In this document: one piece after another, positions 40,689-50,433 of the stretch
How the letters are laid out: every line of letters begins with the position of its first letter
How positions within the stretch are numbered: the first letter of the stretch is position 1
Assembly (NCBI GenBank): GCA_963674825.1
Contig: OY771587.1
Location: 576,001 to 640,000 of the forward strand
Length of the DNA stretch: 64,000 nucleotides
Reading direction: 5' to 3'
Source: Candidatus Cloacimonadales bacterium
GTDB lineage: Bacteria > Cloacimonadota > Cloacimonadia > Cloacimonadales > JAIOQZ01
Notes under the pieces: generated by a model
Told to the model about the DNA's origin: nothing
The model's database searches: none
The model's input: the letters and a program-made list of their open reading frames with translations, nothing else
Position numbers and translations under genes: made by a program

Positions 40689-41646
40689 GGTTCAACTCCG
40701 ATGCAAACTGCTCGTAGAGCTCCTTGCCTTTGTGGGTTACGGGATTGAAATCCCATTCCAGATCCATCTTGAGCTTGAGGCCGTGCTTTTCCTGCAACGC
40801 CTTTAGCACCTGAGGCATATCTCGGTTTACCTCATCGTAATGGATCGTGTAGATTCGCGACGCAAGTTCGGGCTTCTGCAGCCAGCCCTCATAGATCTCG
40901 TGTCCCATCTTCACCTGATGCACGATTTGCTCGATGGGCGAGAGCCGGTGAATCTGTTGATAATCTGGTGTTTTATACGACCACCAGCGACGCGCATCCC
41001 CATAGCGCTTCAGGCGTGTATTGTGGATCGAGACCGCCACATCCGCCAGATCGCGTCGACAATAGATGAACACCGCGTTTCGCTCCACCTGCGCAAACTT
41101 TTCCAGATGCAGCGCGTAGAGCATATTCTTGAACACGATCGGTTTGCGTGCTTCGTTGCGCATCGAAGTCAGGATTTCGGACATGCCGTCCCAATCGATC
41201 GTCTCCTCATGGAATTGATCCTGGATCACCACATTCGGGTAGTTCATCCACTTCATCCAGAAATAGCCGAATTCGTGTGGCTCCTGAACACCTTTGGTGA
41301 CACCAAACGCCGACTTGTAGCTCACATCCGCGTCGTAAAGTCCAAGCATGCGAGATAGCTTAATTCCTACGATAGGTGCCTCCCAGAACCGCGCCATCAG
41401 ATTCGTGGGCCAGATTGAATCCAGGCTGTTGATCAGCGCTTGATAAACCAGCGTCGTACCCGAGCGCGGCAACCCAAAGACATAGACGTTCGGAATGCAG
41501 TTTTCATCGGGATTGCGCACCCAGTAATCGTATCCCGAAAGAAGATCGTTCAGCTCCACCAGAAACCGCTCGTCCTCAATGTTCTTCATGTAGTCCGGCG
41601 TGCGCAGCCGGTTTTCCTGCTCGATAAATTTTGTCAGCTTCGTCAT
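40681..41646 (-). CDS. Sulfotransferase
   Basis: GLPRSGTT PAPS-binding loop; IYCRRD...AVS. Confidence 0.88.
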   Translation of the reverse strand: MTKLTKFIEQENRLRTPDYMKNIEDERFLVELNDLLSGYDYWVRNPDENCIPNVYVFGLPRSGTTLVYQALINSLDSIWPTNLMARFWEAPIVGIKLSRMLGLYDADVSYKSAFGVTKGVQEPHEFGYFWMKWMNYPNVVIQDQFHEETIDWDGMSEILTSMRNEARKPIVFKNMLYALHLEKFAQVERNAVFIYCRRDLADVAVSIHNTRLKRYGDARRWWSYKTPDYQQIHRLSPIEQIVHQVKMGHEIYEGWLQKPELASRIYTIHYDEVNRDMPQVLKALQEKHGLKLKMDLEWDFNPVTHKGKELYEQFASELNHA

Positions 41647-42800
41647 CCGTTTTCTCCGTTACCGGTCTGGTAAATCCCGGCTTCGCGGTTGATATTTTCC
41701 TTGTTCTGGAATCCGAGGTCTCCCGTCTTCACCGCGTGCCAGGGTGCCAGGAAGTGTCCCTTGTATCTCGCCAGAAGATCTTCCAGATTATAATCTTTAC
41801 GCATCTGGGCAAAGCCATCTTCGTCCAGAATACGGGTCATATATTTATAGGGTAGCAGCAGACTTCCCCAGCCCTGTTTAAACTGGAATATCCCACCGCT
41901 AGGCGGATTGGACGACTGCCAGTTGTAGAGGCGGATATCGTTATCCCGGCACCATTTGAGTGTTTCGTGCACAAGAAAGTAGTTCAGTCTGCGGTCCATT
42001 GCGTCCAGACTCGAAGACATCATGAAATTGTCCATCAGGCCCTGCACATTGTGGATGCAAAAATCGCCGCTCACCAATTCGTCGCCGTCGTAAACCGCAA
42101 AAAATTTCCAGTAGTCACCGAATTCCTTCGAACGGATCGCATTCTCGAAAAGCTCCCACGGAAGCGGCTCGCCCTCCAACTCGCGGATACGCTTGACATG
42201 CAACGTGTCGTACCATTGCTGGACGATCGCTTCGTCGCGCACCACCTCAAACCGGAATCCCGCCTCCAGACCTTTCTTGAGGTTGCGGCGGAAATTGCGC
42301 GATTTATCTTCCGTAATCGCCTCGCCACCGTGGTCGAAGAACCGTTTCACCGGAATTACCATGATAAACGTATCCATACCGGTCTGCGGTTGGAGCCCTT
42401 CGCGGATGGGATCGTCGTCCACCTCGAATGGGTTGGTAGTAAGCGTCATGGCAACGCAGCCAAGCGACTTCGCATACTCCCTGAGCGCGCCCAGAAACTC
42501 GCGATACGCTGCCATGCGATCGGCAACCTTGCCCTGATAGACGATCGTGCCCAGCGATCCTGCCTGTACATTCGACACAAGGATATTGCCGGCCTCGTTT
42601 TTATAAAGATACATGCTCGCACCGATAAACCACTGATCGTTCTGCATATAGCAGAACTTCGGTTCATCACCCGCGATCAGCGATACGATATCGGCCCAGA
42701 AGGTCGTCTGCTGAATGAAGCACGCCGGACAATCCAGCACCTTCATGTCAAACAGCTCGCGCTGCTTAGCACTCGTAAAATCAACTACATGTAAATCCAC
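41643..42800 (-). CDS. GNAT/FemAB-like acyltransferase
   Basis: RNFRRNLKKG, NYFLVHE, GIFQFKQGWG pattern. Confidence 0.75.
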   Translation of the reverse strand: MDLHVVDFTSAKQRELFDMKVLDCPACFIQQTTFWADIVSLIAGDEPKFCYMQNDQWFIGASMYLYKNEAGNILVSNVQAGSLGTIVYQGKVADRMAAYREFLGALREYAKSLGCVAMTLTTNPFEVDDDPIREGLQPQTGMDTFIMVIPVKRFFDHGGEAITEDKSRNFRRNLKKGLEAGFRFEVVRDEAIVQQWYDTLHVKRIRELEGEPLPWELFENAIRSKEFGDYWKFFAVYDGDELVSGDFCIHNVQGLMDNFMMSSSLDAMDRRLNYFLVHETLKWCRDNDIRLYNWQSSNPPSGGIFQFKQGWGSLLLPYKYMTRILDEDGFAQMRKDYNLEDLLARYKGHFLAPWHAVKTGDLGFQNKENINREAGIYQTGNGENG

Positions 42801-43821
42801 ACGTTAATCCTTTTATCAATCGATCACAAATTATCTCGATTTCCTCTTCGGTGAGTGACGGGTAGATCGGCAACGACACCGTCTTTCGATAAATCCGTTC
42901 CGCCACCGGGTAGTCTTTTCCATCTTCCAGCCAATGCAACAGGAAGTCCACGCCCTTTCGAACCTGTACACCACCATTGTCCATCCATGATCGAATCTTC
43001 TCGAAATCACCCTCAATCCACACAGGATAGCGGAACTGGATGGTCTTGGGAAGATTCGGCAACGTGATGCCTTCGACATCGGAGAGTCGCACGCGATAAC
43101 GCTCCGCGATCTCTTCTCGGATCGCTGTAAATTCTTCGAGTCTTCCCAGTTGGCTCATCGCCAACGTCGCCGCGAGGTTACTGAAATTCGCGCCGGAATC
43201 GATGAGAAGCGACTCTTCGTCCCACTTCGATCCCAGCTCAGCCGTCTTCAAGCCCAGGAATCCTCCTTCGCCAGCAGCCAGCATCTTGGTCGCGTGAAAC
43301 GATCCGAAGACCATGTCCGCCATTACGCCCGTCACAGGACTGCCATCGACAACTGCGATCGACTGCGCGATATCCTCGATCATCATGATTCCATGCTCCT
43401 TGCATATCGCACCAATCTTTTCCGCATCCGCAGAGATACCGAAGGGATGCACCACAACCACTGCCTTGACATGCGACGTTATCGTCTTCTCCACCTGCGT
43501 GGGATCGATGCAGTAATCTTCGCCGATATCAATCAGAACCGGCTTCGCGCCAGCATAGCGGATCGCATCATAGACGGTCCTGCAAACGTATGTCGGCAGG
43601 ATCACCTCGTCACCCTTACCGATCTCCAGTAGCTTGAATCCTGCAATCAGCGCTGCCTTTCCCGAAGCGAAACACACTGCGCGTTCCCACCCGAAAAGCT
43701 GCTCCAGCACACTCTCGATAGTACTGGTCTTCTCGCCGCTGGCGATCATGCCGGTTGCGAGTTGCTCCATCACCGTAAGAATGTCGGTCTTGGTGATTGT
43801 CGGTTTAGAGTGCGGGATCAT
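42781..43821 (-). CDS. DegT/DnrJ-family PLP sugar aminotransferase
   Basis: GDEVILP, IEDIAQS, SFHATK, GEGG, SLPIYP. Confidence 0.93.
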   Translation of the reverse strand: MIPHSKPTITKTDILTVMEQLATGMIASGEKTSTIESVLEQLFGWERAVCFASGKAALIAGFKLLEIGKGDEVILPTYVCRTVYDAIRYAGAKPVLIDIGEDYCIDPTQVEKTITSHVKAVVVVHPFGISADAEKIGAICKEHGIMMIEDIAQSIAVVDGSPVTGVMADMVFGSFHATKMLAAGEGGFLGLKTAELGSKWDEESLLIDSGANFSNLAATLAMSQLGRLEEFTAIREEIAERYRVRLSDVEGITLPNLPKTIQFRYPVWIEGDFEKIRSWMDNGGVQVRKGVDFLLHWLEDGKDYPVAERIYRKTVSLPIYPSLTEEEIEIICDRLIKGLTCGFTCS

Positions 43822-43834
43822 GAATTCCTCTCCC

Positions 43835-45718
43835 CTACGGAATAAAATGTTTCAGCCAAGTCTCGAAGCTGATCAGCGACCAGATTAAAAGCCGGCGATT
43901 ACGGGTGTCGTTAAAGTGTTCCTCGATCAGTTCCCGCACGGTGGAAGGCCGGAGATAATCGTAAATCCGCGCTTTCCTTCGGAAGAACATGTCTTCGATG
44001 TATTTGCGTGATTCACGGCGGAACCAGGTGGCGTCCGGCGCGGAAAACCCCTGTTTGATACCACTGGTGAATTCACCCGGAATATATTGTGATAACATAT
44101 TGCGCAGCACTATTTTACCATCACGCGTCTTTTGGAAATACTTTTCTGCTTTACGACCCGGTTCGTTCTCGTCCTGGCGCACCACTTCGTTAAGATTCAT
44201 GAGCTTGTATTTGACGGGGATTGTCATGGCGAAATCGACCAGATCGTTGTCCAGAAATGGAACGCGCGTCTCCAGTCCATGCGCCATGCTGAGTTTGTCG
44301 TCCACCATCAGGAGCCCATGCAGGAAGGTCTTGCTCTCGAAATAGAGCGAGTAGTTCACGTAATCTTCCGGCGTGATTTGCTTCGAATCATCTTTCAGGA
44401 CACCGCCCAGAACATCGCGGAAGACATCCCGCGTCTGGTAGTTCCATACCTCCGGAAACACGTCCGGCTGGAAGAACCTTGGCTTGTAGCTATCGGGAAT
44501 GAGCCGCTGCCAGTAGCGATAGTACTTATCGGCGTAATCGTCGAAATTGTCGTTGGTTACGGCGCGGTAATAGCGCCACGGATAGCCAGCGAAGATCTCG
44601 TCACCACCCGCGCCGGAAAGCGCTACCTTGACGAACTTACCCGCCAGCCGCGAGACGTAGTAGTTCGGATAGCATTGCCCCACGCGCAGGTCTTCGATAT
44701 GCCAGATCAAATCGTCCATCACCCGCTCCATGTCACCAGCCTTGAGCACCACTTCATAGTGCTCGGTCTTGACCAGGTTGGATAGGAATTCGGCCTTTCG
44801 ACGCTCGTCGAACGACGACTCCTGCATGGAGACATCGGAGAGGTCGAAACCGCAGGTGAAGGTCTTGAGATCGGGAAAATTACGTGCCGCGATGCTGGTA
44901 ATGGCACCTGAATCCATGCCACCGCTGAGAAAGCTTCCAATCTCCACATCGCTGACCAGTTGCCGCGTAGTCGCCTCTTCGAACAGCCTTCTCACCTCGT
45001 TGACGTAGATCCGCTCCTGCGAGAAGTGCTCCACGTCCTGATAGCGGAAATCCCAGTACTGGTGGATATCCAGCGCTGGCTTGTCGCGCCGGTCGAGGAT
45101 GGCGTAATGGCCGGGTTGAAGCATGTGTATATGCTCGAAAAGCGTCAGATCGGAAAAGACGTTCTGGAACGAGAAATATTCGTTCAGCGCGCGGATATCA
45201 ACCCTCGGATTGACAGCCGGGTGCTGAAGGATTGCCTTGATCTCGGACGCGAACACAAGTAAACCACCGCGATTGTAGTAATAGAGCGGCTTCACGCCAT
45301 AGCGGTCACGCGCCATGAACAGGCGCTGGTTGTGCTGATCCCAGATAGCGAATGCGAACATGCCGTTAAACTTCTCGATGCAGCCTGCGCCCCACTTGTG
45401 ATAGGCCTTGAGCACCACCTCGGTGTCGGAATCCGAGAAGAAACTATATCCGTGGCGTTGCAACTCCAGGCGTAGATTCTGGAAATTATAGATCTCACCG
45501 TTGTACACGAGGATGAGGTTCTCGTCCTCGCTTTGCATGGGCTGCGAAGCCCGTTCGGAGAGATCGATGATCGAAAGACGGGTGTGCCCTAGGCCGACAG
45601 GACCCTTCGCCCACCAGTTTTCCGCGTCGGGACCGCGATGCCGGATTGTATGCGTCATCTTCTTGAGCAGAGGCAGTCCGACCGGCTGTTGATCGAGGAT
45701 TCCGACGATTCCACACAT
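43835..45718 (-). CDS. asnB: Asparagine synthase-family glutamine amidotransferase
   Basis: MCGI, HRGPD, NGEIYN, RDRYGVKPLYY, LSGGMDS, GAGGDEIFAGY; glycan context suggests sugar amidation. Confidence 0.93.
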   Translation of the reverse strand: MCGIVGILDQQPVGLPLLKKMTHTIRHRGPDAENWWAKGPVGLGHTRLSIIDLSERASQPMQSEDENLILVYNGEIYNFQNLRLELQRHGYSFFSDSDTEVVLKAYHKWGAGCIEKFNGMFAFAIWDQHNQRLFMARDRYGVKPLYYYNRGGLLVFASEIKAILQHPAVNPRVDIRALNEYFSFQNVFSDLTLFEHIHMLQPGHYAILDRRDKPALDIHQYWDFRYQDVEHFSQERIYVNEVRRLFEEATTRQLVSDVEIGSFLSGGMDSGAITSIAARNFPDLKTFTCGFDLSDVSMQESSFDERRKAEFLSNLVKTEHYEVVLKAGDMERVMDDLIWHIEDLRVGQCYPNYYVSRLAGKFVKVALSGAGGDEIFAGYPWRYYRAVTNDNFDDYADKYYRYWQRLIPDSYKPRFFQPDVFPEVWNYQTRDVFRDVLGGVLKDDSKQITPEDYVNYSLYFESKTFLHGLLMVDDKLSMAHGLETRVPFLDNDLVDFAMTIPVKYKLMNLNEVVRQDENEPGRKAEKYFQKTRDGKIVLRNMLSQYIPGEFTSGIKQGFSAPDATWFRRESRKYIEDMFFRRKARIYDYLRPSTVRELIEEHFNDTRNRRLLIWSLISFETWLKHFIP

Positions 45719-45719
45719 C

Positions 45720-46904
45720 TTACACCTTCTTTTGTTTCAAGCTGTTGAATAGCGTGTCGACCTCATCGTCTGTGATACCCGGAAAGAACGGCAGCGCTAC
45801 GCTGAGCCGGTCTGCCGCATACGAAGCGATGAAATCGGATGGTTTGAGATTGTATTTCTCACGGTAAAGCTTCTGAATGTGCACCGCGTGGGTTCCCTGG
45901 CGGGTCGCGATGCCCTCTTCTTCCAGCTCGTACATGATCTTGTTACGCTCATCGTTCAAGCGATCGATCGTCTCAATATCTCCGCTTCTGATGGCGTTAA
46001 ACGACTCCTCCGGCTTGAACCAGGTCACATAAGCCTGGTAACCGTGATGATAGCCGCTGGGGACATGCGGTGCCATGAGCCACGGGATTTCCTGAAGGCG
46101 TTCGCGGTAGTCGATGGCAAGTTGTTGTTTAATCTGGATGATTCTCTCGAGCTTACCAGCTTGCGCAACGCCCAACGCACCCTGGAAATCGGTCATGCGG
46201 TAATTGTAACCCAGTTCGGCGTACTCGGTGAGAAGGAAGCTTCCCTTGGAGTGATGGCGATCGTAATCGGTCCGCACAGCCCCATGATCGCGCAGGCTTG
46301 CCGATCGCGTCGCTACATTCTCGTAATCCGTGATGATCATCCCACCTTCGCCGGTGGTAATCGATTTTCGCGGATGGAACGACAGCACACCCGCTTCACC
46401 AAATGTTCCGCAGTGCTTTCCGTCGATCCTGCCGCCCAGGCCACAGGCGCAGTCTTCCATCACCTTCAGGCCATGCTCATGAGCGATCTGCATAATGCGC
46501 GGCATATTGGCGCAGAGTCCGAATAAATGCACCGGGTAGATAGCCTTGGTATTCGGCGTGACAAGCGCTTCTATCCGCTCGGGATCAAGATTGAACGTCT
46601 TGGGATCGATATCGCAAAAGACGGCTTTCACTCCGAGAAATTCCACCGAGTTGGCAGTCGAGACCCAGGTAAACGCGGGAATGATCACCTCATCGCCGGG
46701 CTTGAGATCGAGCACGCGCGAGAGGATGAACTGCCCGGAGGTGCAGGAATTAACCGCGACGCCATGCTTCGCGCCTGTAAATGCGGTGATAAGCCCTTCG
46801 AACTCCTTTACGTAAGGGCCCTGAACAACCCAGCCGGTTTCGAGCGGCTTGGTGATCAGTTCTTTTTCGGTCTCGTCAAAATAGGGTCTGGTAATCGGTA
46901 TCAT
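45720..46904 (-). CDS. DegT/DnrJ-family PLP sugar aminotransferase
   Basis: Start MIPITRP (ATGA overlap); VHLFG, EDCAC, SFHPRKSITTGEGG, GYNYRM. Confidence 0.94.
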   Translation of the reverse strand: MIPITRPYFDETEKELITKPLETGWVVQGPYVKEFEGLITAFTGAKHGVAVNSCTSGQFILSRVLDLKPGDEVIIPAFTWVSTANSVEFLGVKAVFCDIDPKTFNLDPERIEALVTPNTKAIYPVHLFGLCANMPRIMQIAHEHGLKVMEDCACGLGGRIDGKHCGTFGEAGVLSFHPRKSITTGEGGMIITDYENVATRSASLRDHGAVRTDYDRHHSKGSFLLTEYAELGYNYRMTDFQGALGVAQAGKLERIIQIKQQLAIDYRERLQEIPWLMAPHVPSGYHHGYQAYVTWFKPEESFNAIRSGDIETIDRLNDERNKIMYELEEEGIATRQGTHAVHIQKLYREKYNLKPSDFIASYAADRLSVALPFFPGITDDEVDTLFNSLKQKKV

Positions 46905-47899
46905 TTTCCTTCCATGGATTTCTGGCGCATCAGCACCTGTTCCTGATGCATCTTCCGCCAATCGATAAGACTTTTCAGTCCTTCTGTCAAGCCTGTTTTT
47001 GCCACAAAGCCGGTTTCTTCGGTCAGCTTCTTCGTGGAGCCGATGCGGTTGGTCACGAAAGTCTGTCCCTCCGGTTCGTATTGAATCTCCATGTCCGAGC
47101 CAGTGAGGTCGAGAAGCATCTGGCAAATCTCCTTGATCGACGTACCGATACCGGTACCGACGTTGAAGCACGTGTTGTTGCTGTCCGATTTCAGCGCAGC
47201 GATATTGGCACGGGCGATGTCACGCACATAGATGAAGTCATACGACTGCGAGCCGTCGCCGTAAACGACCGGCGGCTGGCCTTTATCCAGACGATCGAGG
47301 ATCTTCATCATCACTGCGATGTACTTGCCACGGTAGTCCTGGCGAGGACCGTAGACGTTCATGTAGCGCAGCCCGACCTGGTTCAGGCCGTAGCGATGAT
47401 GATACGCGATGGCAAGATGCTCGTCGGCGATCTTGGTGGCACCATAGAACGTAGTATTGTTGTAGGGGTGATCCTCGGTCATGGGGATTTCCAGCGCGTT
47501 GCCGTATACCGACGCGGATGACGACCACACCAGCTTTTTCACTTCATGCTTACGGCAGGCTTCCAGCACGTTGAAAAACCCGCGTACGTTTACTTCGAAC
47601 GCCGATTCAGGGAACTCGTAGCAGTGCAGCAGCCACAACGCTGCGGTATGGATCACATAGTCTACGCCTTCCATGGCTCGGTCGAGGATATCGCGATCAC
47701 GAATATCACCGCCCAGCGTGTAGATATGGCAACGGTCGTCCAGCAGACTTTCTTGGATATTCTCGCGCGTACCACGAGTGAAGTTGTCGTATATCACCAC
47801 TTCGCGAACCGGCTCTTTCAGTAGCTCTTCCACGATGTGCGAGCCGATGAACCCGGCTCCGCCGATCACCATCACTTTCGCGTCTTTCAAATCAAACAT
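46901..47899 (-). CDS. NAD-dependent epimerase/dehydratase
   Basis: GGAGFIG, SSASVYG, YGATK, RYMNVYGP. Confidence 0.95.
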   Translation of the reverse strand: MFDLKDAKVMVIGGAGFIGSHIVEELLKEPVREVVIYDNFTRGTRENIQESLLDDRCHIYTLGGDIRDRDILDRAMEGVDYVIHTAALWLLHCYEFPESAFEVNVRGFFNVLEACRKHEVKKLVWSSSASVYGNALEIPMTEDHPYNNTTFYGATKIADEHLAIAYHHRYGLNQVGLRYMNVYGPRQDYRGKYIAVMMKILDRLDKGQPPVVYGDGSQSYDFIYVRDIARANIAALKSDSNNTCFNVGTGIGTSIKEICQMLLDLTGSDMEIQYEPEGQTFVTNRIGSTKKLTEETGFVAKTGLTEGLKSLIDWRKMHQEQVLMRQKSMEGK

Positions 47900-47918
47900 T
47901 GTATCTCCTTTTTCATTT

Positions 47919-47959
47919 AACCCTCACCCCGACCCTCTCCCACTTCGTGGGCGAGGGAG
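47919..47959. repeat. REP-like palindrome, copy 1
   Basis: AACCCTCACCCCGACCCTCTCCCACTTCGTGGGCGAGGGAG; near-identical copy at 50352. Confidence 0.85.
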
Positions 47960-48090
47960 ATTTACGGTTGCTCGTCCGGAGGCCGAACGCTACCTCCTTT
48001 CTCACCCCACAGGAACCGAACTTCTGAATGTGCTGCTTGCAGCTCTTCCGAATGTTTGGTTCTTCATATCACAGTTTCAACGTTCATGTC

Positions 48091-48164
48091 TCCTTCGACT
48101 CCGCTCAGGATGACATGAATAGAGGAATTCAAATCCATGTGTCATCCTGAGCGGAGTCGAAGGA
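48091..48164. repeat. Perfect 25-bp inverted repeat (REP doublet-like)
   Basis: TCCTTCGACTCCGCTCAGGATGACA (48091-48115) / TGTCATCCTGAGCGGAGTCGAAGGA (48140-48164). Confidence 0.9.
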
Positions 48165-48175
48165 CAGCACATGGG

Positions 48176-49216
48176 TCAAACCACCTTCTTCACCTGCACC
48201 AGATAGTACGGTGCAACCATATATCTGCACACGCCAGGAAACCGTCTAATCAGCATGTTCCAAAGCGGTGCAAGCTTGATCATCAATAGCCGCATCCAGG
48301 GATAGATCAAGGACACGACCTTATCGTCGGACGCGTTGTCGTACTGGCTGTACTGGCCTCCGGATTCTGGGTAATACCCTGGCTCCACGCGCACCACGTC
48401 AAAGCTCTCGCGCAGCCGCTTCGCCAACCCGAAAAAGTTCACCGAATGCTCTCCCCAATTGCCTGTCTCGGGATCGCAGGTATCAGTCCAAAACGGCGGT
48501 TTTGGCAGAATACCCGTCTTGAGGTAAAACGCCACCGCTCGCTGGATGTCGTCCCTGCGCAGGCCACGCGTTTTGCGGGTCAGGAGATCGAGCAGATCGC
48601 CGCACAGCTCGGGATGCAGTTCCAAGATAATTCTGCGACGCGCCTCACGACGCGGGACCATATTGGGCGTGCCTTTCTTTTCCCAGAGCAGTTGGCGACG
48701 TGTATTGAAAAAAAGGATAACCGGGTTGAGCCAGTTCGCGCCAGACGCCATCAGGATGGTTCCGCCCGGATTCAGCACAGCGCCAAGCGCTTGAAACGCC
48801 TCGATAGGCCTGTAAAGATGCTCCAGCACATCGTAGTTGATGATCACGTCGTATCGCTTGCGTCGGTCGATATCCTCATACCCGCCGCTGATAGTCTCCT
48901 TGAGCGGAAATCCAAGCTCTTTCGCCACGATAGACGCACCCTCGCACATCTCCGGATTGATGTCCTGAAACGTGACGCTTCCCACGCCATGCAGCAACGC
49001 CAGAAACGATAGTATCCCAGTTCCACCGCCAAAATCGAGCAGCGACACATCTCCCACCTTCCGCAGTTTCAGCGCTTTCTCGAGAATATACTCGTAGCGC
49101 ACGATCACCGAATCGTACTCGCGCAGGTAAACCTGCAAGTACTTCCGGTAAACGGGATAGTCGTCCAGCAGCGTCATGTCCAGCGACGCGAGCCTCTTCT
49201 TCAGTTCCTTGCTCAT
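48176..49216 (-). CDS. Class I SAM-dependent methyltransferase
   Basis: LLDFGGGTG, YDVI..YDVLEHL, LNPGG; ATGA overlap start at 49216. Confidence 0.88.
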   Translation of the reverse strand: MSKELKKRLASLDMTLLDDYPVYRKYLQVYLREYDSVIVRYEYILEKALKLRKVGDVSLLDFGGGTGILSFLALLHGVGSVTFQDINPEMCEGASIVAKELGFPLKETISGGYEDIDRRKRYDVIINYDVLEHLYRPIEAFQALGAVLNPGGTILMASGANWLNPVILFFNTRRQLLWEKKGTPNMVPRREARRRIILELHPELCGDLLDLLTRKTRGLRRDDIQRAVAFYLKTGILPKPPFWTDTCDPETGNWGEHSVNFFGLAKRLRESFDVVRVEPGYYPESGGQYSQYDNASDDKVVSLIYPWMRLLMIKLAPLWNMLIRRFPGVCRYMVAPYYLVQVKKVV

Positions 49217-50349
49217 CGAATGCTTCCTTTTAATATCTTGCGAAAGAGTGTGATATATTCGTTTGCCGCTCGCCGGATCCCGTAGCGTTCCCGGATCAAT
49301 CGACGGCAATTTTTCCCAAGTTCGATCGACTTCTCTCGATCCTCGCAGAGTGATTCCAGCAAATACGTGACGCTTTCCACATCCTCAATTTCCACCTGAA
49401 AGCCGGTCTCGCCGTGCACCACGAACCCCTGCATGCCGGGCGACTTCGAGCCTATGATGGGAAGTCCGCACGAATACGCTTCCAGACCCGACATCGACAT
49501 TCCCTCTACCTTAGAGAGCAGCAGCAGATAGTCCGCCTTCTGCATCCACTCCCGAACATACGTGCGATTCTGCCAACCGTGGAACCTCACCCGATCCCCA
49601 AGACCGAGTTCGTCCGCCAGACGGTGCAGCTCATCGGAAAGTGGGCCGTCGCCGATGATTTCCAGCCGGAAATCACTCGAGACCTTCGAGAGTGCTTTCA
49701 TCGCAATGGGTATGTTTTTCTCGAACGACAACCGTCCGCAGAATAGGAACGTGGCGGTGTCTTGCTTTTTCTCGGGAATCGCCTCTTGCAGCGCGACCGC
49801 GTTTTCGATTACGCGCACGCCGAACATCGGAAAGACTTCCTGCGCCATGTCCGCCAAGTCCTGACTCACCGCGACTCTTGCCGCGGCCTTGAGTCCGATC
49901 ATACGCCCGATGGGACGAAGAAAGCGAAACCAGCCGGCAAGCTCTTCCACCAGGAACGAGTGGATGTCGCCACCGCGAAATGAGAGCACGTATGGCGTCC
50001 GGTTGAAAAAACTTCCGAACCACGACAAGAGGCCCGTCGGCAGCAGGAAGAAAGTCAGGACAATATCCGGCTTCCAACTGAACAGCAGCCAGAAATAGGG
50101 GATCCATGCCATCTTTGTGAACAGAAACATCTGGAACGCTCCGCTGCGATCTTTGTGCCTGCGAAACGACGGCACCCGAAAGACCTCGAAGCCGTCCACA
50201 CGCTCATAGATGGGCTGTCCCTTGAAATGCGCACTCAAGACACGCACCTCATGGCCCATGCGACTGAATTCGGTCGCCAAAAGCCTCGTCTGTTCGGCTG
50301 CACCACCGCCAAGCGGCGGGTACTCATAGTTCAATAGAAGTATTTTCAT
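49213..50349 (-). CDS. GT4 glycosyltransferase
   Basis: NYEYPPLGGGA, GRLSFEKN, EGMSMSGLEA (EX7E). Confidence 0.93.
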   Translation of the reverse strand: MKILLLNYEYPPLGGGAAEQTRLLATEFSRMGHEVRVLSAHFKGQPIYERVDGFEVFRVPSFRRHKDRSGAFQMFLFTKMAWIPYFWLLFSWKPDIVLTFFLLPTGLLSWFGSFFNRTPYVLSFRGGDIHSFLVEELAGWFRFLRPIGRMIGLKAAARVAVSQDLADMAQEVFPMFGVRVIENAVALQEAIPEKKQDTATFLFCGRLSFEKNIPIAMKALSKVSSDFRLEIIGDGPLSDELHRLADELGLGDRVRFHGWQNRTYVREWMQKADYLLLLSKVEGMSMSGLEAYSCGLPIIGSKSPGMQGFVVHGETGFQVEIEDVESVTYLLESLCEDREKSIELGKNCRRLIRERYGIRRAANEYITLFRKILKGSIR

Positions 50350-50351
50350 CA

Positions 50352-50391
50352 AACCCTCACCCCAACCCTCTCCCATAAATGGGCGAGGGAG
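50352..50391. repeat. REP-like palindrome, copy 2
   Basis: AACCCTCACCCCAACCCTCTCCCATAAATGGGCGAGGGAG. Confidence 0.85.
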
Positions 50392-50433
50392 CTAAAAGGT
50401 TGCTCGTCATGAGACTCTGCACTGCATTCCATA

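Noticed and set aside
48002..48067. 21-codon minus-strand mini-ORF between the repeats
   Set aside because: No SD, no recognisable features, and it lies in repeat-rich DNA.
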